A DNA stretch of 32,000 nt from Pyrodictium occultum (GTDB taxonomy: Archaea; Thermoproteota; Thermoprotei_A; Sulfolobales; Pyrodictiaceae). This document shows, piece by piece, positions 8,581 to 15,815 of this stretch. Positions within the stretch are counted from its first letter, which is position 1, and the number at the start of each line of letters is the position of its first letter. The position numbers were made by a program, and so were the translations under genes. Location: NCBI RefSeq assembly GCF_001462395.1, contig NZ_LNTB01000001.1, positions 960,001-992,000 of the forward strand, in the 5' to 3' direction. A model generated the notes under the pieces. The model was not told where the DNA came from and did not search any database. It worked only from the letters and a program-made list of their open reading frames with translations.

Positions 8581-9693
8581 GTGGCGGCTGAGGCGGAGGA
8601 GTTCTTCAGGCTCCTCAAGAGGCTTGCAGACGCCTTCGGGGTCTCGGGCTACGAGGACGAGGCACGCGGGATAGTGGTCGACGAGCTCCGGGAGGCTGCC
8701 GACGAGCTCCGCGTGGACAGGCTGGGCAACGTCATAGCCGTGAAGAGGGGGGAGCGTGGAGGCATCAGGATGCTCTGGGACAGCCACATGGACGAGATAG
8801 GCTTCTTCGTGAGGGATATAGACGAGAAGGGCTTCATCTACCTCTCCCCCGTCGGCGGGTGGAGCGAGCGGGTCCTCCCCGGCCAGAGGGTGAGGATACG
8901 CACCGACGACGGGAGGATAATCCGCGGCGTGGTGGGGGTCAAGCCGCCCCACCTGATGAAGCCCGAGGAGAGGGATAAGGTCATCCCGCTCGACCAGCTC
9001 TTCGTGGACATAGGGGCCTCGAGCAGGGAGGAGGCGGAGAGGGCTGGCGTGAGGATAGGTAGCCCCGTCGACCTCGACCGGGAGGCCACCATGCTCCTGG
9101 GGGACAGGGTCACGGGGAAGGCGTTCGACAACAGGGTCGGCGTGGCCGTGCTGATCAAAGCCTTCAAGGAGATAGACGGGTTCGAGCCCACAGTCTACCT
9201 CGTGGTGGCGGTGCAGGAGGAGGTGGGGCTCAAGGGCGCCCGGGTGGCGGCGCAGCAGATACAGCCCGACGCCGCTATAGCGGTTGACGTCACCACCGCC
9301 AACGACGTGCCTGGAGTGGCGCCGAGAGACCGGGTGGCGGTGGTGGGGGGAGGCCCGGCGCTCACCGTGGCCGACGGCCGCGGCGCCTCCGGGCTGATAG
9401 CCCACCCTAAGATGCTCCGCCTCCTAATCGAGACCGCCAGGAGCGAGGGGATACCCTACCAGCTCAGCATACTCCCCGGCGGCACCACCGACGCTGCGGC
9501 GATAGCGCTGGCCGGCGAGGGCGTGCCCAGCGCCGTAGTCTCCGTGCCGACCAGGTACATCCACAGCCCAGTGGAGCTGCTGAGCCTCCGCGACGCCCTG
9601 TACACGGCCCGCCTGGTGAAGGCCGCTACGAGGAGAATGACGCGGGAGTGGTATGAGCGCGAGATACTCTGGGGGGCTAGGCTCAAGCCCTAG
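8581..9693 (+). CDS. M42-family (TET / FrvX-type) aminopeptidase
   Basis: 370 aa. Features are LLKRLADAFGVSGYEDE, DRLGNVIAVKRG, DSHMDEIGFFV, AFDNRVGVAVL and VQEEVGLKGA, which are the metal-ligand motifs of M42 peptidases. Confidence 0.85.
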   Translation: MAAEAEEFFRLLKRLADAFGVSGYEDEARGIVVDELREAADELRVDRLGNVIAVKRGERGGIRMLWDSHMDEIGFFVRDIDEKGFIYLSPVGGWSERVLPGQRVRIRTDDGRIIRGVVGVKPPHLMKPEERDKVIPLDQLFVDIGASSREEAERAGVRIGSPVDLDREATMLLGDRVTGKAFDNRVGVAVLIKAFKEIDGFEPTVYLVVAVQEEVGLKGARVAAQQIQPDAAIAVDVTTANDVPGVAPRDRVAVVGGGPALTVADGRGASGLIAHPKMLRLLIETARSEGIPYQLSILPGGTTDAAAIALAGEGVPSAVVSVPTRYIHSPVELLSLRDALYTARLVKAATRRMTREWYEREILWGARLKP

Positions 9694-9702
9694 CCCCCGG
9701 CG

Positions 9703-11280
9703 GTGCGCGGGGAGAAAGGCGGCATGGGGCCGGGCATCGAGGACCGGCTGAGGGAGCTGCGGGAGCTTAGGAGGCGGGCCCTCGAGGGAGGGGGCCCGGA
9801 GAGGGCTAGGAGGCAGCGGGAGAGGGGCAAGCTGCTCGCGAGGGAGAGGATAGAGGCCCTCCTCGACCCCGGCAGCTTCCAGGAGATAGGCTGGCTCGTC
9901 TCCACGCGGGGCAGCCTCTTCGGGCTCGATCGCAGCCGTGTCCCCGGCGACGGCGTGGTGGCGGGCCTCGGGAGGATAGGCGGCCGCCCCGTCTACATAT
10001 TCGCCCAGGACTTCACCGTTATGGGCGGCAGTATAGGCGAGATGCACGCCGAGAAAATAGTCCGGACCATAGAGCTTGCCGTGAAGAGCGGCGTCCCGGT
10101 GATAGGGCTCTGGGACTCCGGCGGGGCGAGGATCCAGGAGGGGGTCGCAGCGCTCCACGGCGTCGGGAGGATACTCAACGCGATAGTCCAGGCAAGCGGC
10201 GTCGTGCCCCAGATCTCCCTGGTCCTCGGCCCCGCCGCCGGCGGGGCGGCCTACGCCCCAGCCCTCATGGACTTCACCATAGTCGTCGACGGGATAACCT
10301 ACATGTTCGTGACCGGGCCCGACGTGGTGAGGGAGGTCACGGGCGAGGAGGTGGACTTCGAGAGCCTCGGAGGAGCGAGGGTGCACAGCGGGAGGAGCGG
10401 AGTGGCCCACTTCAGGGCGGGCAGCGAGGAGGAGGCCTTCGAGACTACGCGGAGGCTGCTAAGCTACCTCCCCGACAACAACCAGGCCCCCCTCCCCATA
10501 GCTGACACGGGCGACCCCGTGGACCGGGAGGACCCGGAGCTGGACGCGATAGTGCCGCCGGACCCGGTGAAGCCCTACGACGTGAGGGAGGTGCTCGCGA
10601 GGGTATTCGATACGGGCAGCCTGCTCGAGGTGCAGGCCGAGTGGGGCCCCAGCATAGTGACCGCCTTCGCCAGGCTAGGCGGGATACCCGTCTGCGTCGT
10701 CGCCAGCCAGCCCCTGGTAATGAGCGGCGCTATAGACATCGACGCCTCCTGCAAGGCGGCCCGCTTCGTAAGGTTCTGCGACGCCTTCAACCTCCCTATA
10801 GTGACGTTCGTAGACGTGCCGGGCTACATGCCGGGGACGAGCCAGGAGCATGGAGGCATAATAAGGCATGGGGCGAAGATGCTCTACGCCTACGCCGAGG
10901 CCACTGTGCCCAAGATAACTGTGGTGCTCAGGAAGGCCTACGGCGGCGCCTACATAGCTATGGGGAGCCGCTCTATGGGCGCCGACCTGGTGCTGGCCTG
11001 GCCCACCGCCGAGATAGCTGTGCTCGGCGCCGAGGCCGCGGTGAGGATCCTCTACCGCCGCCAGCTGGCGGCCGCCGAGAACCCGGAGGAGCTGCGCCGC
11101 AGGCTGACCGAGGAGTACCGCAGGACCTTCCTCAACCCCTACCGGGCGGCCGAGCTAGGCCTCGTAGACGATGTTATAGAGCCCCGGGAGACGAGGAAGA
11201 AGCTCTACAACGCCCTATCGGTGCTGCTCGGGAAGAGGGAGCAGAGGCCCCGGAGGAAGCACGGCAACATACCCCTCTAG
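9703..11280 (+). CDS. pccB: Acyl-CoA carboxylase carboxyltransferase subunit (propionyl-/acetyl-CoA carboxylase beta, methylmalonyl-CoA carboxyltransferase family)
   Basis: 525 aa. Motifs are RERIEALLDPGSFQEIG, FTVMGGSIGEMHAEKI, SGGARIQEGV and RKAYGGAYIAMG. The start is GTG 9703 or ATG 9724. Confidence 0.85.
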   Translation: MRGEKGGMGPGIEDRLRELRELRRRALEGGGPERARRQRERGKLLARERIEALLDPGSFQEIGWLVSTRGSLFGLDRSRVPGDGVVAGLGRIGGRPVYIFAQDFTVMGGSIGEMHAEKIVRTIELAVKSGVPVIGLWDSGGARIQEGVAALHGVGRILNAIVQASGVVPQISLVLGPAAGGAAYAPALMDFTIVVDGITYMFVTGPDVVREVTGEEVDFESLGGARVHSGRSGVAHFRAGSEEEAFETTRRLLSYLPDNNQAPLPIADTGDPVDREDPELDAIVPPDPVKPYDVREVLARVFDTGSLLEVQAEWGPSIVTAFARLGGIPVCVVASQPLVMSGAIDIDASCKAARFVRFCDAFNLPIVTFVDVPGYMPGTSQEHGGIIRHGAKMLYAYAEATVPKITVVLRKAYGGAYIAMGSRSMGADLVLAWPTAEIAVLGAEAAVRILYRRQLAAAENPEELRRRLTEEYRRTFLNPYRAAELGLVDDVIEPRETRKKLYNALSVLLGKREQRPRRKHGNIPL

Positions 11281-11741
11281 CCCTCCCCCAGACACTTTAT
11301 CCTGGCCAGCGGCTCGCCCCGGGCCAGGCCCCGGCCCGGCTCAGCCACCTCCTCTACCACGCCCCTGCAGGGCGAGTGGACCTCGTTAACCATCTTCATC
11401 GTCTCCAGGATGACTATCACCTGGCCCTCCTCGACCCGGTCCCCAGGCCTCACCCTCACCTCCACAACCTTCACCGGGAGCTTGGCGCGGAGGACGCCGC
11501 CGGCGTCGAGCTGGACCAGCCACTCCTCCCTGCGGCGGCCCCTCTGCGCCCCGGCGGCGTGGCCGCGGGACAGCAGGGAGGGGAGATGGTAACTGCCGTA
11601 AGGGGTCTCCAGGACATCCCCCACGAGGCGCGCCCTCACCGTGAGAACGCGGCCGCCGACCTCGAGCCTGGCCTCGTAGACCCCGGGCGCGGTCTCCCGG
11701 ATCTCAAGCAGCCTAGCTCCAGGGCGGCCAGGGCCATCCAT
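11277..11741 (-). CDS. accB: Biotin carboxyl carrier protein (BCCP)
   Basis: 154 aa. The C-terminal biotinyl domain carries the E-[AT]-M-K-M biotinylation motif (VIVILETMKMVNEVHSP). Its start overlaps the accC stop by 29 nt. Confidence 0.8.
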   Translation of the reverse strand: MDGPGRPGARLLEIRETAPGVYEARLEVGGRVLTVRARLVGDVLETPYGSYHLPSLLSRGHAAGAQRGRRREEWLVQLDAGGVLRAKLPVKVVEVRVRPGDRVEEGQVIVILETMKMVNEVHSPCRGVVEEVAEPGRGLARGEPLARIKCLGEG

Positions 11742-13197
11742 GGCCCGCTACCACCGCTGCCGTGGAGAATGCGGCTGCCGGAGCCCGGGGGCCGGGGAGC
11801 CGGGCCACGCCGCGGAGGCCCGAGGCTATAGCTGCTGCCAGGGCCCGCCTCTCGCCGGCCTGGCGGAGGAGCTCGGGGAGCCTCTCCTCCAGGGTGGCGG
11901 TGTCGTACTCGCCGTCGGCGAACCAGGGGCTATCGACTACGGCGCGTAGGAGGTCCAGGTTGGTCTCGACGCCCGCTACGACCATGTCGCCGAGCGCCGC
12001 CCGGAGCCTCGCCACCGCCTCGCCCCGGTCCATCCCCCGGGCTATCACCTTGGCGAGCAGGGTGTCGTAGCGGCTCGAGACCGGGACGCCCTCGGCTATC
12101 CCCGAGTCCACCCGTATCCCGGGGCCCCTAGGCTCCCGGTACCTCGTGACCACGCCCTCGGATGCCTGGAACCCTGCCCAGGGGTCCTCCGCGTAGACGC
12201 GGGCCTCCACCGCCCAGCCGTGGAGCCTCACATCCCGCTGGCTTATGGGGAGCCGGGAGCCCGCCGCAACCAGGAGCTGCATCTTCACCATATCCACTCC
12301 GGTGACCTCCTCGGTCACCCCGTGCTCGACCTGGAGCCTCGTGTTGGCCTCTATGAAGTAGGCCTCGCCCCTGCCGTCGACCACGAACTCTATGGTGCCG
12401 GCGCTGGTGTAGCCCGCGTGCTCCGCGAGCCGGAGCGCGTAGTCTATGAGCCTCTCCCGCAGCCCCCGGCGCCTCTCCGCCAGCGGGCTCGGGGCCTCCT
12501 CCACCACCTTCTGGCGGCGGCGCTGGAGGCTGCACTCCCTCTCGTATAGGTGGAGCAGCGCGCCGTCCTCGTCGCCGAGGACCTGGACCTCGATGTGCCG
12601 GGGCCTCTCGAGGTAGCGCTCCACGTAGACCTCGCCGGCGCCGCCGAAGCCGAGCTCGGCCTCCAGCGAGACGAGCCTGTAGAGCCGGGCCGCCTCCCCG
12701 GGCCGCCTGGCCACCCTCATCCCTCTGCCGCCGCCGGCCCGCGACGCCTTGATCACCACGGGGTAGCCGAGCCTCCTGGCGCACTCCTCGGCCTGCCGGG
12801 GGCTCCGGGCCCTGCACCAGGGAAGGGTCGGCACGCCGAGCTTCTCCGCCAGCTGCTTGGCGCCCGTCTTGTCGCCCAGCATCCTCATGGCCTTGGGGCT
12901 TGGCCCGGCCCATGAGATGCCAGCGCTGAGCACCTTCTCGGCGAACTCGGGGCTCTCGGAGAGGAAGCCATAGCCCGGGTGGAGCACGTCCGCGCCAGCC
13001 TTCACCGCCGCCTCTATTATCGAGTCGGGGTCGGTGTAGCTCCTAACCGGGAGCGCGAGCACGCCGGCGGCGACGTGAGGGCTGGCGCGGTCGTCCTCCT
13101 CGTAGATCGTGACGGGCTCCCAGCCGAGCTCCCTGGCGGCGCGGGCGACGCGGATGGCAACCTCGCCGCGGGCTGCTATGAGCACCCTCTTAGCCAC
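11713..13197 (-). CDS. accC: Biotin carboxylase subunit (ATP-grasp)
   Basis: KRVLIAARGEVAIRVARAARELG, HPGYGFLSE and KASRAGGGRGMRVA, with the ATP-grasp and BC C-terminal domains. The track ORF starts at 13365. The first start codon downstream of the TATA-like box is GTG 13197 (VAKRVLIA...), which gives the canonical N-terminus. Confidence 0.85.
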   Translation of the reverse strand: MAKRVLIAARGEVAIRVARAARELGWEPVTIYEEDDRASPHVAAGVLALPVRSYTDPDSIIEAAVKAGADVLHPGYGFLSESPEFAEKVLSAGISWAGPSPKAMRMLGDKTGAKQLAEKLGVPTLPWCRARSPRQAEECARRLGYPVVIKASRAGGGRGMRVARRPGEAARLYRLVSLEAELGFGGAGEVYVERYLERPRHIEVQVLGDEDGALLHLYERECSLQRRRQKVVEEAPSPLAERRRGLRERLIDYALRLAEHAGYTSAGTIEFVVDGRGEAYFIEANTRLQVEHGVTEEVTGVDMVKMQLLVAAGSRLPISQRDVRLHGWAVEARVYAEDPWAGFQASEGVVTRYREPRGPGIRVDSGIAEGVPVSSRYDTLLAKVIARGMDRGEAVARLRAALGDMVVAGVETNLDLLRAVVDSPWFADGEYDTATLEERLPELLRQAGERRALAAAIASGLRGVARLPGPRAPAAAFSTAAVVAGHGWPWPPWS

Positions 13198-13252
13198 GGC
13201 GCCGGCACCCTTGCGGCTGGATTCTTCACAACCGAGCGAGGGCTCCCAATAC

Positions 13253-13266
13253 TTAAAAATATAAAG
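13253..13266 (-). promoter_or_regulatory. TATA-like box (minus strand CTTTATATTTTTAA) upstream of accC
   Basis: It sits in the only AT-rich patch of the accC/birA divergent spacer, about 55-65 nt upstream of GTG 13197. Confidence 0.4.
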
Positions 13267-13314
13267 CTTAAGGCGGCTGGCGAAACCGGTGTACGGCGGC
13301 AGTCGTAGATAAGG

Positions 13315-13321
13315 CTTATAT
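13315..13321 (+). promoter_or_regulatory. TATA-like box (TTATATA) upstream of birA
   Basis: It lies about 20 nt upstream of GTG 13339, which would imply a leaderless or near-leaderless birA transcript. Confidence 0.35.
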
Positions 13322-13338
13322 ACGGGGGGCTGGGAAGA

Positions 13339-14061
13339 GTGGTGCTCCACGTCATCCTCACACACCTCCCCATAGAGGTCTACGACGCCCTCCCCTCCAC
13401 CATGGACGCTGAGCCCCCCGGGCTCCCCGGCGTTGTAGCAGCGCTCACGCAGACAAGGGGGAGAGGGCGCACAGGGGCCTGGCTAAGCCCCCGTGGGGGA
13501 GCATGGCTGACCATAAGCCTCCCCGCCGGCGCTGCCGCGGGCCCCCGGCTGCCCGTGGCCGTGGGCGGCTGCCTGGCCGCGCGGCTTGAGAACCTAGCCG
13601 GCGCCGGGCCCGGCTCCATAGAGGTGAAGTGGCCCAACGACCTCTACACGTACCGGGGCAAGCTCGCCGGGGTGCTCGTGGAGGAGAGGGGCGGAGCGCT
13701 GAGGATAGGGGTGGGGGTCAACGTGTACAACGAGGCCCCCAGGGGCGCCGCGAGGCTCGCGGACCTGGGCTACCGGGGCCCCCTGGCCGAGGTATACCTG
13801 GCCGTTGTGGAGGCGGTGCTCGATGCCGCCCGGGACCCGGGCCGCTGCCTCGGGGAGGCCCGGGAGAGGGACGTGCTCCGGGACGCATGGGTCGAGGTGG
13901 AGACCCCCTGGGGCCCGGCGGCAGGGGTGGCGAGGGGGATCACGGGCACCGGGGCCCTGCTCCTGGAGACCACCCACGGCCTCCGCGAGGTCTACTGCTG
14001 CCGGGTGCTAGGCTGGAGCAGGGACGGCAAACCCCATCGCCGCGGTATTAGCCGGGTGTAG
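13339..14061 (+). CDS. birA: Biotin--[acetyl-CoA-carboxylase] ligase, without an N-terminal HTH (group I BirA)
   Basis: 240 aa. Features are ALPSTMD, GRGRTGAWLSPRGGAWLTISL (the GRGRxGRxW-type biotin-binding loop) and KWPNDLY..GKLAGVLVE. It is divergent from accC. Confidence 0.8.
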   Translation: MVLHVILTHLPIEVYDALPSTMDAEPPGLPGVVAALTQTRGRGRTGAWLSPRGGAWLTISLPAGAAAGPRLPVAVGGCLAARLENLAGAGPGSIEVKWPNDLYTYRGKLAGVLVEERGGALRIGVGVNVYNEAPRGAARLADLGYRGPLAEVYLAVVEAVLDAARDPGRCLGEARERDVLRDAWVEVETPWGPAAGVARGITGTGALLLETTHGLREVYCCRVLGWSRDGKPHRRGISRV

Positions 14062-14125
14062 ACGGGGCCGGAGCAGCCCTGCCCCCGCACGAGGGTGATA
14101 ACTGTAGTAGAGGGGTGCGTGGGCG

Positions 14126-14656
14126 GTGATCCTCTCCGACCGCGACATATACTGGTACCTGGATAAGGGGCTGCTGCGCATCGAGCCGCTCTCGGAGGAT
14201 ACTGTCAGGGAGAATGGTGTGGACCTGAGGCTGGGCGGTGAGGTCTGCAGGTTCCGGGGGGACGCGCCGACGCTGGACACCCGGGGGGAGATCGACCCCA
14301 GCGCCTACTACGACTGCAGGAAGGTGGACCCCGACCACGGCTTCGTCGTGGCGCCGGGGGAGCATGTGCTGGCGACCACGCTGGAGGAGGTGTGCCTCCC
14401 CGACGACCTCGTCGGCCTCGTGAACGTGAGGAGCACGTTCGCACGCCTGGGGCTCTTCGTGCCGCCCACCGTGATAGACGCGGGGTTCTGCGGCCAGGTC
14501 ACCGTCGAGATAGTGGGCGGCGGGTTCCCCGTCAAGCTCTACCCCGGCCACCGCTTCCTACACGTAGTCTTCGTGAAGACCACCAGCCCCGTGGCCAGGC
14601 CCTACAGGGGCAAGTACCAGGGCCAGCGCGGCGTAACACCACCCAAGATGGATTAG
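14126..14656 (+). CDS. dcd: dCTP deaminase (dUTPase superfamily)
   Basis: 176 aa. Features are MILSDRDIYWYLDKGLLRIEPL, VNVRSTFARLGLFVPPTVIDAGFCGQVTVEI and LYPGHRFLHVVF. The start is GTG. Confidence 0.85.
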   Translation: MILSDRDIYWYLDKGLLRIEPLSEDTVRENGVDLRLGGEVCRFRGDAPTLDTRGEIDPSAYYDCRKVDPDHGFVVAPGEHVLATTLEEVCLPDDLVGLVNVRSTFARLGLFVPPTVIDAGFCGQVTVEIVGGGFPVKLYPGHRFLHVVFVKTTSPVARPYRGKYQGQRGVTPPKMD

Positions 14657-14699
14657 AGAGGTTTACGCGCACGGGGCTCGCCTGGAGCCGCCCCCGGCG

Positions 14700-15354
14700 A
14701 GCCGCAAGCACGCAAAGCATGTCGCGCAGTATTGTGGCAAGCTCCTCGCCGGCGCCAAGGTAGTCTAGAAGCTGCTTAGAGTCCAGGAACTCGTGGTAGA
14801 AGTTGGCGGGAGCTGCTCCAGAGCCTCGAAGAGGCCACGAGCAGGCCGGGTCCTGCCATAGAGGCTCTCATAGAGCGTGGCCAGCCTCGTCTTTACGAGC
14901 ATCTTGGCCTCCTGGTGGCGCCGCAGGGCCTGCCGCCAAGGAGCAGCGATATCATGGAGAGCATGGTAAGCACCATGGACCATGGTAGCTCGCCTGCCCT
15001 CACAAGCCGCCTCCGGTTTTTAGCTCCCCGTATTGGATGTAGCGTCTGCGCAGCGGCTTCTCGTAGAGAGCCGGCGTGTCTACGAGGCTCGTAGAGCAAC
15101 CCCGGCGAGCAGGAACCTGCTCTTAAGAGACGGTATCCTTCCGTCCTCGGCTACGTATCTCTCGAACACGTTAACTCTATAACCCATAAGCTGTTTCTCT
15201 CACCAGCGCCACCTATGGATATACAGCCTGGATCCATGTTGAGCTCTCTAAGCTTCTCCTTAAGCCTCTTAACGACGTCGGCGGCATTCCTTACCGGCTC
15301 CGCCTCTGGCAGGCCCCCTTGGCACACACTGGTGGGAACTGCCCTATAAAGACA
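14700..15354 (-). pseudogene. Decayed gene remnant(s) of unclassifiable family
   Basis: My hand translation of the minus strand gives protein-like fragments that hop between frames and are separated by stops. (1) about 15354-15151: ..PEAEPVRNAADVVKRLKEKLRELNMDPGCISIGGAGERNSLWVIELT*. (2) about 15175-15080: VNVFERYVAEDGRIPSLKSRFLLAGV..*. (3) about 15089-15000: LVDTPALYEKPLRRRYIQYGELKTGGGL*. (4) 14983-14765: MVHGAYHALHDIAAPWRQALRRHQEAKMLVKTRLATLYESLYGR..*. (5) about 14815-14700: ANFYHEFLDSKQLLDYLGAGEELATILRDM... GC is visibly lower than in the flanks. Confidence 0.4.
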
Positions 15355-15408
15355 TTAAACTTCGGCCCTTCTGGAAGCCGTCGGCAAAACACGCCGAGGG
15401 TAGTAGTC

Positions 15409-15416
15409 TAAATAAA
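15409..15416 (+). promoter_or_regulatory. TATA-like box (TAAATAAA) upstream of tRNA-Pro
   Basis: An A/T octamer in otherwise GC-rich DNA, ending 43 nt upstream of the mature tRNA 5' end. This fits a short leader removed by RNase P. Confidence 0.4.
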
Positions 15417-15458
15417 CCCCGGCCCGGAGCTCCGCGATACTCTAACACGGGCTTGGGC

Positions 15459-15575
15459 GGGGCCGTCGTCTAGCTTGGTAGGATGCCAGCCTGGGGACGC
15501 ACCCCGCCGCCCCCGGCGCGGGGGCGGGCGCCAGAGCGCTGGTGGTCCCGGGTTCAAATCCCGGCGGCCCCACCA
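15459..15575 (+). tRNA. tRNA-Pro (anticodon GGG) with a 40-nt intron at the canonical 37/38 position; CCA is encoded
   Basis: Hand-folded cloverleaf. Acceptor stem is GGGGCCG/CGGCCCC. D stem is GTCT/GGAT. Anticodon stem is CCAGC/GCTGG with loop CTGGGG|intron|C. Variable loop is TGGTC. T arm is CCGGG-TTCAAAT-CCCGG. The discriminator is A, followed by CCA. The intron is about 15497-15536 (ACGCACCCCGCCGCCCCCGGCGCGGGGGCGGGCGCCAGAG). Its 3' CCAG can pair with CTGG of the anticodon loop, as a bulge-helix-bulge motif requires. The splice junction could slide by 1 nt. Confidence 0.85.
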
Positions 15576-15642
15576 TTCTCTCCGGGGAGTCCCCCGGCCT
15601 TACAGGGCCCAGCGTTCCCCGGAAAGCACAGCGGCCTAGGAG

Positions 15643-15663
15643 ACTTCACAAGACACTTCACAA
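15643..15663. repeat. Tandem direct repeat ACTTCACAA-gac-ACTTCACAA in the non-coding spacer downstream of tRNA-Pro
   Basis: Exact 9-mer at 15643-15651 and again at 15655-15663, a 12-nt period, read directly from the sequence. Confidence 0.6.
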
Positions 15664-15815
15664 TCACACCACGTAGTACTCCGGACTTTCCTAACCCTTC
15701 TCTATGGGCTGCCGGCGATTACACACCTCGTGCAGTACACTACCGAGGCGATAGTGGCGGAGGTGCGTGCCTAGCCCGCTTCCCCAGGCGCCTCCATCCC
15801 CCCGTACTCTAGCCC

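Noticed and set aside
8488-9405. The N-terminal 306 codons of the 1024-aa track ORF 6331..9405. These would make a giant TmcA fusion.
   Set aside because: This part is exactly antisense to the well-supported M42 peptidase gene. It is H/P/R/G-rich and low in complexity, with no TmcA-like sequence. Recognisable TmcA sequence begins right after in-frame GTG 8487. It is an open antisense frame caused by stop-codon scarcity in very GC-rich DNA.
13198-13365. A 56-codon N-terminal extension of biotin carboxylase (MCEDDVEHHS...).
   Set aside because: It runs through the AT-rich promoter patch and overlaps the birA start. Biotin carboxylases begin at the KRVLIANRGE-type motif, which follows GTG 13197 directly.
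15483-15812. 109-aa plus-strand ORF (MPAWGRTPPPPARG...).
   Set aside because: It begins inside tRNA-Pro and reads through its intron and 3' half. It is an artefact of the tRNA locus.
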